A DNA stretch of 64,000 nucleotides from Candidatus Spongiisociaceae bacterium (GTDB lineage: Bacteria; Actinomycetota; Acidimicrobiia; Spongiisociales; Spongiisociaceae): contig OZ253564.1 of the NCBI GenBank assembly GCA_965262915.1, forward strand, positions 416,001-480,000. Direction: 5' to 3'. Of this stretch, positions 21,439 through 30,216 are shown piece by piece. Position 1 is the first letter of the stretch, and each line of letters starts with the position of its first letter. The notes under the pieces are model-generated. The model searched no databases and was not told the origin of the DNA. It worked only from the letters and a program-made list of their open reading frames with translations. The translations under genes and the position numbers were made by a program.

Positions 21439-22571
21439 CGGTCGCCTCCGCCCGCGGCACGGATAGCCGCCGCCACGGCCTCGTCCATGGCCGGGTACGG
21501 TTCGGAGCCGAGCCGCTCCTTCAACATCCTTCTGGCCGCCGCCGCCCCGGTGCCGTCGATGGTGAAGAATGCGGGGACATCCGGCCGTAGTTCCAGCCAC
21601 GCCTCGGTCAGCCCGTCGACCATCACGTCGGTACGGGCGAAAGCCCCGCAGAAACTGACCACCAGGCTGCGTACCCCACCGTGCGCCAGCACCAACTCCA
21701 GAGCGGGCCGGGCCTTGGTGTAGGCGTCACCGCCTATCTCCAGGAAGTTGGCGGGGGCCCCTCCTGAATGGACTATGACATCCATGGTGGTCATGGTGAG
21801 ACCGGCGCCGTTGGCGAGCACACCGATGTCCCCGTCGAGCTCGACGAACTGGAGGCCGAGTCCTCGGGCGGTTCGCTCCAGATGGGTCAGCGGCTCCGGT
21901 GTGGCCCGACCCGCGAGCCAGGGTTGGCGGGAGGCGGCTGCACCGTCGACGATGAGCTTGCAGTCCAGCGCCACCACCTCGCCTGCCGGAGTTATGGCGA
22001 GCGGGTTGACCTCGACCAGTTCCGCATCGCAACTCCGATGCACCCGATGCAGCCGTACCAGGGCCTCGGCCACCGAAGAGGCTGCAGAGGTAACTCCCGC
22101 CTCCGTCACGAGGTGGAGGGCGGCGTCGGCATCCAGGTCCCGTCGAGGATCGATGTCCAGGCTCCTGAGCAGCTCCGGATGGGTACGGGCCGTGTCCTCG
22201 ATGTCGATGCCACCGCGCTTGGAGAAGACCACCCGCGTCGCGGGGCCGCCGGGGTGGTTGAGGACCGCGGCGTACAGTTCCCGCGCAGCCTCGATCCGTT
22301 CCTCGACCAGGACCTCGGCAACCAGGCGGCCGCCCAGGCGGCTCCCGATCAGTTCCGCGGCGACTGCATGAGCCTCACCCGGGGTCTGCGCAGACCTGAT
22401 GCCACCTGACCTCCCACGACCCCCGATAGGTACCTGCGCCTTGACCATCACAGGACCGAGCCGACGAGCCGTCCGTGCGGCGCCGTCCGGTGTGGTCGCC
22501 ACGGCGCCGTCCGGTACCCGCATGCCTTCCTCTGCCAGCACGGCCTTTGCTACGTGTTCGGGGATGTTCAT
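21435..22571 (-). CDS. ADP-forming acyl-CoA ligase beta subunit (SucC-like)
   Basis: MNIPEHVAK, KAQVPIGGRG, EVNPL, ALDCK, NGAGLTMTTMD, ANFLEIGG. Confidence 0.9.
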   Translation of the reverse strand: MNIPEHVAKAVLAEEGMRVPDGAVATTPDGAARTARRLGPVMVKAQVPIGGRGRSGGIRSAQTPGEAHAVAAELIGSRLGGRLVAEVLVEERIEAARELYAAVLNHPGGPATRVVFSKRGGIDIEDTARTHPELLRSLDIDPRRDLDADAALHLVTEAGVTSAASSVAEALVRLHRVHRSCDAELVEVNPLAITPAGEVVALDCKLIVDGAAASRQPWLAGRATPEPLTHLERTARGLGLQFVELDGDIGVLANGAGLTMTTMDVIVHSGGAPANFLEIGGDAYTKARPALELVLAHGGVRSLVVSFCGAFARTDVMVDGLTEAWLELRPDVPAFFTIDGTGAAAARRMLKERLGSEPYPAMDEAVAAAIRAAGGGDR

Positions 22572-22962
22572 CGGCGGTCCGTGCTGGTTTGTCCTTGGTC
22601 AGTCGGGCGAACGTGCGGCCAGACAGGGTGCCAGGGACCCGTCGCCGTGCCGTCGGTCGGCGCGCCGCTCGGGTCCGGGGTGTGCAAGGTCCCCCGCTCC
22701 GGACCGTGGGGAGAAGACGACGCTTGTCGAGTCCCTATAGCCGTCCACCGCAGCGGAGCCCGATAGCTGTCATGGTACCGGGTATCACATGGACGCTCTC
22801 CGGACCTGCCATCCCACGCGGTACCTGCGGGCTGTCTCGAACGAGGCTCGGCTGTCACCCGCCGAACCGTAGCGAGCGGCCCGGCACGCCCGGAGCCGTC
22901 GTCCCACCACCGGCTGCGCCGAACCCTCCAAACTCGCGGAACCGGGAGCCCGGCGATCTGGC

Positions 22963-23784
22963 ATGATGTCATCTATGGCGCGTGCAGGATCCACGGAATC
23001 GGGGCGGTCGCCGGGCTCGGCGTCGGTCGCCGCCCTGACCGACATCGGGCCTCGCAAGGTGAACGAAGACCGGGCGTTCACGGCGGCGGCGGATGACGGC
23101 GCCTGGATGATCGCGGTGGCAGACGGGCTGGGGGGCCACGTCCGCGGCGACGAGGCGGCGCAGGCTGCGGTCGAGGGCCTGCCGCAGCGGATCGACAACG
23201 AGGCCGAGATGGCGGCGGCGTTTGCGGAGGCCAACGAGCGGGTCCTCGCGCTGTCCGGGCCGCGGAAGTGGGACCGGCGGGTGCCGCTGTCCAGGCTCCC
23301 GATGAGCACCCTGTGCGTGGCGGCATGGACACCCGAGGGCGGTCTGCTGATCGGGTGGATGGGCGACACGATACCGTTCGTGGTGAAGTCCGGGCCGGGC
23401 GGCTTCGCGGGATACTGCTGCGGCGTTCCCCATCGGGGCCCCTTCGGGAACATCGACTCCTGTCTGGGAATGCCGCCCGAGGGTAAGGGATCAGGTACCG
23501 GGGGGCCGGTCGACGTGGATGTAGTCGGCTCCTTCGAGGAGGCCGAGATGCCGGACGCCGTGATCATCGCCAGTGACGGGGCCTGGGAGCCACTCGCGAT
23601 TGAATACGGTGACACAGAGTGGCTCTGGGACGACTCACCCGCCGGTATCGGATCGGCGTGCGCCCCGGACGCCGGCGACGCATCGGATATCGCCCGGAGC
23701 GTCCTGGGGAGGGCCCGGAGCAGGGGCCTCAACGACAACGCCACCGTCGCGGTCGCCCACTGGCGCCGGCTACCCGAGCGATGA
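22963..23784 (+). CDS. PP2C-family phosphatase-like protein
   Basis: TDIGPRKVNED, VADGLGGH, GD, ASDG, DNATV metal-binding motifs. Confidence 0.85.
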   Translation: MMSSMARAGSTESGRSPGSASVAALTDIGPRKVNEDRAFTAAADDGAWMIAVADGLGGHVRGDEAAQAAVEGLPQRIDNEAEMAAAFAEANERVLALSGPRKWDRRVPLSRLPMSTLCVAAWTPEGGLLIGWMGDTIPFVVKSGPGGFAGYCCGVPHRGPFGNIDSCLGMPPEGKGSGTGGPVDVDVVGSFEEAEMPDAVIIASDGAWEPLAIEYGDTEWLWDDSPAGIGSACAPDAGDASDIARSVLGRARSRGLNDNATVAVAHWRRLPER

Positions 23785-23794
23785 GAACGCACGT

Positions 23795-25225
23795 ATGACC
23801 ATCCGGACCAGAGCCGCCATCGGCACCGCGACCCAGGAAGTCGAAACCGTTGCGAAGCTGGTAGCCGGGGCGCGGTCGGCCATGGCCGAGTTCGTCGATT
23901 CGGACCAGGAACGGGTGGATGAGGTGGTTACCGCGCTGGCCTGGTCGCTATACAAGCCCGAGCACGCCCGGGAACTGGCTGAGATTGCGGTCCGGACGAC
24001 CGGCCTCGGGAACGTGGCGGACAAGGTCGTCAAGAACCGGCGCAAGACTTTCGGAACCCTACGGGACCTGAGCCGCGCTCGGACGGTCGGGCTGATCGAG
24101 GAGGATCCGGCCCGGGGCCTGATGGTCTTCGCAAAGCCGGTCGGCGTGGTCGCGGCGGCGACGCCGTCAACAAACCCCGCCGCCACGCCCGTCAACAAAG
24201 CCATGATGGCCGTCAAGGGCCGCAACGCCGTGATAGTGGCCCCCTCCCCGCTGGCCTACACGACCACTAGCCGGGCGGTGGAGTTGATGCGGGATGCCCT
24301 GGGGACGGTGGGAGCGTCCCGGGATATGGTGCAGATCCTTCCCGCTCCGGTCACGAGGCGAGCCACAACCGCGTTGATGGAGGCATGCGACCTGTCCGTG
24401 GTCACGGGGTCGCAGAACAATGTCCGGGGGGCGTACCGGAGCGGCAAACCGGCGATCGGGGTAGGGGCAGGCAACGTACCGGTCATCATCGACCGTAGCG
24501 CTGACCTCGAGCAGGCGGCAGCGGGCATACTCGCATCCAAGACATTCGACAACGCCACCTCCTGCTCCTCCGAAAACTCCATCGTGGTCCTCGACGACAT
24601 CTACGACCGAGCGATGGAAGAGCTACGCAAGGTAGGGGCATATCTAGCCGACGAGAAGGAGAAGACAGCCATACAGGATGTCCTGTGGTTGGACGGGAGG
24701 CTGAACAGGGAACTGATCGCCAAGGACGCCGAGGTTCTCGCTCGCCATGTCGGCCTGGACGACGAAGCCCGGAGCGCCCGCCTATTCCTGGTGGAGGACG
24801 ATCTCCCTGCCGAAGCCGGATCGTTCGCGGACGAGAAGCTGTCCCTCGTTCTCACCGTCTACCGGGCGGCCGACATGCGCGAGGCGATCGAGACGGTACG
24901 AGCCGTCCTCGAGGTCAGGGGACGCGGTCATTCCTGTGGCATCTATACGGCCTCGATGGACAATGCCCGCCTCCTGGCCGCCGAGTTGGACGTGGTGCGC
25001 GTGCTGGTGAACCAGGCCCATGCCATAGGAAACGGGGGCAGCTTCACCAACGGGCTTCCCTTCACCCTGACTATGGGTTGCGGGACTTGGGCGGGGAACA
25101 GCATCAGCGAGAACCTCAACTACCGGCACTTCATCAACCTCACCCATCTATCCACCACCATCCCGGAGGACCGACCCGACGAGGAGGAGCTGTTCGGTGG
25201 TTACTTGGAGCGATACGGTAAGTAG
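23795..25225 (+). CDS. sauS: CoA-acylating aldehyde dehydrogenase, SauS (sulfoacetaldehyde dehydrogenase)-like
   Basis: PSTNPAATP, GVGAGNV, SKTFDNATSCSSENS, GCGTW; TGLGNV.DK..KN.RKT and C-terminal ELFGGYLERYGK recall SauS. Confidence 0.75.
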   Translation: MTIRTRAAIGTATQEVETVAKLVAGARSAMAEFVDSDQERVDEVVTALAWSLYKPEHARELAEIAVRTTGLGNVADKVVKNRRKTFGTLRDLSRARTVGLIEEDPARGLMVFAKPVGVVAAATPSTNPAATPVNKAMMAVKGRNAVIVAPSPLAYTTTSRAVELMRDALGTVGASRDMVQILPAPVTRRATTALMEACDLSVVTGSQNNVRGAYRSGKPAIGVGAGNVPVIIDRSADLEQAAAGILASKTFDNATSCSSENSIVVLDDIYDRAMEELRKVGAYLADEKEKTAIQDVLWLDGRLNRELIAKDAEVLARHVGLDDEARSARLFLVEDDLPAEAGSFADEKLSLVLTVYRAADMREAIETVRAVLEVRGRGHSCGIYTASMDNARLLAAELDVVRVLVNQAHAIGNGGSFTNGLPFTLTMGCGTWAGNSISENLNYRHFINLTHLSTTIPEDRPDEEELFGGYLERYGK

Positions 25226-25359
25226 GTGGTCCGTAGGGTGACCGGACGGCGTGAGGAGGGGCCGCGATCGCTCTGCAGGCGGCCCAATTAGGGGGCGGTG
25301 CTCTTGGTTGCGCCTTACAAGCACGTGCAGAACTCCCGGAGATAGTGGAAAGGAGCGGC

Positions 25360-26181
25360 TTGTCTCGCAATGAGTTAGCAGAGGCTTTTGCAGCCAAGGC
25401 TCGGCGGAGAGAGATGATCGTAGTGGCCGGTGCCGGAACCGGCCTGTCTGCCAAGTGCGCCGAGGCCGGCGGAGCCGACGCCATCGTCATCTACAACTCG
25501 GGAAGGTACCGCATGGCCGGCCGGGGCTCGCTGGCCGGTCTCATGCCCTACGGGGACGCCAACCGGATCGTTCTCGAGATGACCAGAGAGGTCGTCACGG
25601 TTGTCGACAGGATGCCGGTGATCGCGGGGGTATGCGGCACGGATCCGTTCAGAGACATGGCGAGGTTGCTGGATGAGTTGGCGGGGCGAGGCGTGGCCGG
25701 TGTCCAGAACTTTCCGACCGTGGGTCTGATCGACGGCGGGTTCCGGCGCGCGCTGGAGGCAACCGGTATGTCGTACTCGGCCGAGGTGGAGATGATCCGG
25801 TTGGCCTGCCGGTGCGGGCTCTTCACGATGCCGTACGTGTTCAATGCTTCGGAGGCGAGCGCCATGGTCGACGCCGGCGCCGATGTCTTGGTCGCTCACG
25901 TCGGACTGACCACGGGGGGCATGATCGGCGCCTCTGACCGGCGCACTATCGAGTCCTTGGCGCCGGTACTGGAGGAGATCTGCGAAACCGCGGATGCGGC
26001 CGGACGGTTCATTCCCGTCCTCTGCCACGGCGGTCCCATCGCCGAGCCGTCCGACCTCGAAGAGGTCCTTCGCCTCGTTCCGAGACTCAACGGGTTCGTG
26101 GGCGCATCCAGCATCGAGCGGCTGCCTACCGAGTCCGCCATTGTCGACCGCGTGGTCCGCTTCCGCGCGGTGCGCGCATGA
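25360..26181 (+). CDS. Phosphoenolpyruvate-hydrolase-like / TIM-barrel signal transduction family protein
   Basis: GAGTGLSAK, YNSGRYRMAGRGSLAGLMPYGDAN, GVQNFPTVGLIDG, CHGGPI, GASSIERLP. Confidence 0.88.
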   Translation: MSRNELAEAFAAKARRREMIVVAGAGTGLSAKCAEAGGADAIVIYNSGRYRMAGRGSLAGLMPYGDANRIVLEMTREVVTVVDRMPVIAGVCGTDPFRDMARLLDELAGRGVAGVQNFPTVGLIDGGFRRALEATGMSYSAEVEMIRLACRCGLFTMPYVFNASEASAMVDAGADVLVAHVGLTTGGMIGASDRRTIESLAPVLEEICETADAAGRFIPVLCHGGPIAEPSDLEEVLRLVPRLNGFVGASSIERLPTESAIVDRVVRFRAVRA

Positions 26182-26195
26182 TCCGTGGTGCTCCT

Positions 26196-26300
26196 GAGGA
26201 GGATGCTCCAAAACGGTGGGGAGCAACGGCCCGTCTCCCTCTGAACAGGCATTATGGCATCGGTCGATGGGCCGCAAAGGGGTCTTGCGCCGCCCTCCTT
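26196..26300. mobile_element. MITE-like element, copy C
   Basis: Closely similar to copy A (AAACGGTGGGGAGCAACGGCCCGTC..CTGAACAGGCATTAT..ATCGGTCGA); degenerate IRs. Confidence 0.75.
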
Positions 26301-26449
26301 GCGGCCTGCGGAGAGCCCGTCGGAGCGTTGGGGTGGTTCGGTTCGTGTTGCTCGGTGCCTCCTTGCGGTCGGAGAGCCACGGATGACAATGGTTGCAGGC
26401 CGCCTCGACGCCCGTTCGCTGTGATCGGTGCAAGGGAGAGGGCTTCTCG

Positions 26450-28081
26450 ATGATCCGGCGGCCCGGAGCCCATGCCGACGCAAGTGGGCGTGCGTCGAGG
26501 CTGACGCCGAAGGTGCGAAGAACCTTTTTCGCGTTGCTGCTGGCGATGACCATCTCCGCGATGGACTACACCATCGTGTCGACAGCGTTGCCGACCATCG
26601 TCGGCGAGATGGGCGCCCTCACGCTGCTTCCCTGGGTGCTGACCGCCAACGTGCTCGCGTCGACGGTCACGGTTCCTCTCTACGGCAAGCTATCGGACCT
26701 CTACGGTCGTCGGAGGCTGATGCAGGTCGCCATCCTCCTGTTCGCCCTGGGTTCGTGCGCAGCGGGCCTCAGTCAGGGCATCGGTCAGCTCATCGCCTTT
26801 AGAGCCATCCAGGGAGCCGGTTCGGCTGGCCTGATCTCCCTCAGCTACATGATCGTGGGTGACATCATCACGCCGCGGCAGCGGGGCCGGTACCAGGGGT
26901 ACATAAGCGCGGTGTTCGCTGTCGCCAGCTTCTGCGGGCCCTTGGTGGGAGGCCTGGCGGTCGATCACCTTTCGTGGCGTCTCGCGTTCTTCCCCAGCGT
27001 TCTGCTGGCCATCATCACATTGGTTGTGATCCGCCGGAACCTGACCGATCCGCAAGTGACCGGGGGAATCGGCGTCGACTGGCTCGGAGCGGCTCTCCTG
27101 GCGCTCGGGCTGGCAGCAGTCCTGCTCGTCGCGACCTGGGCGGGTCGCGAGCATGCATGGCACTCACCGGTGATCGTCTCGACGATGGCCGTAGGAGTGT
27201 CGGCACTGTTGTGGTTCGTGAGGCAGGAGCGAAGAGCACCTTCTCCCATCCTGCCCCTGTACCTCTTCCGGAACCGCGAGTTCTCGGCTGCCAACGCGAC
27301 CAGCTTCATCGCCGGTTTCGGCCTTTTCCTCCCGCTGGCCTACTTCCCCGTCTTCCTACAGATCTCCTTGGGCATGTCCGCAACCCGTTCCGGGCTCCTC
27401 CTGGTTCCGATGCTGACGGCCTCGTTGGTGGCAAGCCTGGTCTCGGGGCGTATCGTGGCGCGATGGGGTCGCTACCGATCGGTGGTCACCGCCGGGTGCG
27501 TTCTCCTCGGAGTGGGATTGACGCTAATGAGCACTATGACCGTCTCGACTAGTCCGCAAGTCGCGGCCGTCTACTTGCTCGTCTTCGGCTTGAGCATGGG
27601 AATCCTCATCCCGGTGCTGGTTCTGGTCATACAGAACGCAGTCCATCCGCGAGATCTGGGGGTGGCGACATCGTCCGTGCAGGTGTTCCGCCAACTCGGG
27701 GGGAGTACGGGGGTAGCCGTGTTCGGGGCCCTGTTCAACGCCCGTCTCGTCGCGACCCTCACTGGGCTCCCGCCGGACTCGCCGGTGTCGGGCCTAGACG
27801 TCAGCGAGCTGATCGCGAGCCCGGCAGTCGTTGCGACGATGGAACCACCCGTGCGCGACATCATCCGCGAGGCGGTCGCGCTCAGCTCCGGCGAGATGTT
27901 CCGGTTGGCGATACCTGTGGCCGTTGTGGCCACTATCGCCGGTCTCATGCTGAGGGGGCTTCCCCTCCGCGACGTTCTCCCACACCAACAGACGGGTCCC
28001 GCCCAACCTTCGGGAGATGCTCGGGGCGGGCTCACCCTGCCCTCCCCCGGCGAGCGCTCCAGATCGGCCGACGTCGAATGA
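26450..28081 (+). CDS. MFS transporter, DHA2 (EmrB/QacA) family
   Basis: MDYTIVSTALPTI, GKLSDLYGRR, RAIQG, GPLVGG, ~14 hydrophobic segments. Confidence 0.92.
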   Translation: MIRRPGAHADASGRASRLTPKVRRTFFALLLAMTISAMDYTIVSTALPTIVGEMGALTLLPWVLTANVLASTVTVPLYGKLSDLYGRRRLMQVAILLFALGSCAAGLSQGIGQLIAFRAIQGAGSAGLISLSYMIVGDIITPRQRGRYQGYISAVFAVASFCGPLVGGLAVDHLSWRLAFFPSVLLAIITLVVIRRNLTDPQVTGGIGVDWLGAALLALGLAAVLLVATWAGREHAWHSPVIVSTMAVGVSALLWFVRQERRAPSPILPLYLFRNREFSAANATSFIAGFGLFLPLAYFPVFLQISLGMSATRSGLLLVPMLTASLVASLVSGRIVARWGRYRSVVTAGCVLLGVGLTLMSTMTVSTSPQVAAVYLLVFGLSMGILIPVLVLVIQNAVHPRDLGVATSSVQVFRQLGGSTGVAVFGALFNARLVATLTGLPPDSPVSGLDVSELIASPAVVATMEPPVRDIIREAVALSSGEMFRLAIPVAVVATIAGLMLRGLPLRDVLPHQQTGPAQPSGDARGGLTLPSPGERSRSADVE

Positions 28082-28263
28082 CTGCCCCTGTACCCTCGGA
28101 AGAGTGCGCCGGACGGGTCGGCAGGTATCCGGGGACCCGGCGTTTCCGCGCTGGGCATACGGCTCGCCAGGCTCCTCCGGCCCCGGTCGATGCTTCCGAC
28201 CGGCCAATCTCGAGCCAACCCTACGGCCGCCGGGTCCCCGACGCGCTTCCTACGACATCATCT

Positions 28264-28324
28264 GTGACCAGGCACTTTGTCACCGACCGATGGGCCAACA
28301 CGGGGTTTTCTTACCACTCTCCTA
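28264..28324. repeat. MITE-like element, partial copy D (right half)
   Basis: TGACCAGGCACTTTGTCACCGACCGATGGGCC..GGGGTTTTCTTACCACTCTCCTA matches the right half of other copies. Confidence 0.6.
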
Positions 28325-28379
28325 GAAACGCTGTCATACGGCAAAGCTACACTGGGACGTATCTAAGGAGGAGTGCCAC

Positions 28380-28568
28380 GTGACCATCACCGTCCCTCGG
28401 GAAGAAGTCGTCAGGATGCTCGAGAGGGCCGCCAACGATGTCGGGCTTGGACTGCGCGGGTTTTATGAGCTCGGCAAAGCCGATCGCCTCGACGACCCGT
28501 CGCTGCGGGACATGTGGCTCATCTGGGGCGACGCCCTCACCGAAGAGGACCTCCCAGCCGTAGCGTGA
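28380..28568 (+). CDS. Small acidic protein, putative antitoxin
   Basis: Strong RBS AAGGAGGAG, TACACT -10-like box at 28348-28353, GTGA coupling to next gene. Confidence 0.65.
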   Translation: MTITVPREEVVRMLERAANDVGLGLRGFYELGKADRLDDPSLRDMWLIWGDALTEEDLPAVA

Positions 28569-29278
28569 ACGATCCTCTCCAATCGAAATCCGGAGAGTTC
28601 GCCAGCCGTCTGACCAACTTGATCCGAGGGTGCGTCGCCGGTGCGCCTGAGTTCGGCGTCGTTGAGACGAGCGAGGTGGAGCAACTGCGTATCGGACCTC
28701 TGCCGTTCAGTTCCGACAGCTCTGGGTTTAGCCTGATCCCACTCGCTCGTTCTTGCGACGCGGGCCAAAGTCGTCTGATGTTGAAGATCGAGTTCCGTGT
28801 ATCACTGGACGACGAATCAGAGTTCCTTGCCGTCCAGCACTCGACCTACGGATTGTGGGTACGACCCGATCCACGCAGGAAACCGCGCCCGGTATTTCGT
28901 GTCGAGTACGACCGAGACGCATACAGCAAGTCCCCAGCCCATGTGCATCTGCATGCCGAGTCTCTGGAGTTTGGGTGGATATATGGAACTGCCGGACTGC
29001 CTCCGCCGCGATTGTCCGAGATCCACTTCCCCGTTGGCGGACGGCGTTTCAGAGCCACAGTCGAGGAGTTCTTGAAGTTCTTGGATCGCGAGAAACTGTT
29101 TGTGGATTGGCAGAATGGATGGGGCATGATCGTGGAGAGGTCCCTCATCGAATGGGAACGGAACCAGGCTCGGGCCACCGTGCGTCAACACATCGGAACG
29201 GCGCTCGAACAGCTTCGCTGTATGGGATACGAAGTCACCTCGCCGCCTCTACCCTCCGCCCCGGCATCCCGAGACTGA
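28565..29278 (+). CDS. Hypothetical protein with FRxEY..HxHxH..HFPVGGRRFR motif, putative toxin/nuclease
   Basis: Coupled start; His-rich conserved-looking motif; lower GC than flanks. Confidence 0.65.
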   Translation: MNDPLQSKSGEFASRLTNLIRGCVAGAPEFGVVETSEVEQLRIGPLPFSSDSSGFSLIPLARSCDAGQSRLMLKIEFRVSLDDESEFLAVQHSTYGLWVRPDPRRKPRPVFRVEYDRDAYSKSPAHVHLHAESLEFGWIYGTAGLPPPRLSEIHFPVGGRRFRATVEEFLKFLDREKLFVDWQNGWGMIVERSLIEWERNQARATVRQHIGTALEQLRCMGYEVTSPPLPSAPASRD

Positions 29279-29680
29279 ATCGCCGACCGGAAGACCTTGG
29301 CAGCAGGTGGTGGCATATCCCCAAAATACGAGTAGGCGGATAGGAAGGTTGCCACCGGATTTCGAACACTGCGTTCTTGATGAGCCGCAAAAAGCGGACG
29401 GTTACTCGACGGTTGCGGCACGCCAGTGGGCGGCGCAAACTCAACCCACCCACGTTCTTCGGTGGTTCGGCTGCAAACGGCTCCGGGTGCAGGAGGCCGA
29501 TCTGCCGACCCCTGAATCGGATCCTAGGCTTATGCGTTACGTTGGTTAACAATCTAACGCCGCGATATGGCCGGTTTGGACCGTTTTCCAAGGGAACCGG
29601 CTAGTCGACAGGTAGGGTCGCTCCGAACCAGCGGATCGTCTCGCCGTCGGGCTGGGCGGTACGTAGACCGGGCAGTAAGA

Positions 29681-30180
29681 GCGGCGATCCGGCCGTGCGA
29701 GACGATCGCCGCGAACGGACCGTGGAGCGAAATCGAGGCCGGTGGCCGGAGTCCCGGATCGACGATCTCGGCGCGACCAGGGGATCGTCTCCCGGTGGTC
29801 GTGCGGGCGGTCGGCCCCGGTGCCGACTGCCCTCCCTCGTGACTGCCCATGGTCCGGTAATCATGCTCGACAGAGGCGCCGGATGGACGGCCGAGGTCGA
29901 GATCCGCGAGTCGACCTATCTGCTGGCAACGGTCGAGGGCGATCCGCATCCCGACGTGCTCGTCCCGCTGCCGTTCGCTATCACCAGCCCGGTGTGGGTG
30001 GAGATTGACGGTAGGCCGGTGTACGTCGAGGAGGATGTCAGGTGGTGCCTGCGATGGCTGGACGAACTCGAGCGGGTCGTGGGAGAACACGGACGGTTCG
30101 AGGCGCCTGCCAGGCGTTCCGACGTGATGCGAACCATCGATCGGGCGCGTTCCTGGTACCGGGCGAGGCTGGACAGTTGA
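29681..30180 (+). pseudogene. Duplicated 3' fragment of the metallohydrolase gene at 35250-37304
   Basis: Near-identical to 36804-37304, with one indel; no 5' part. Confidence 0.9.
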
Positions 30181-30216
30181 CAGGGGCGGGCGGTGGTTGC
30201 ATGGCCCGTGTAGGTG

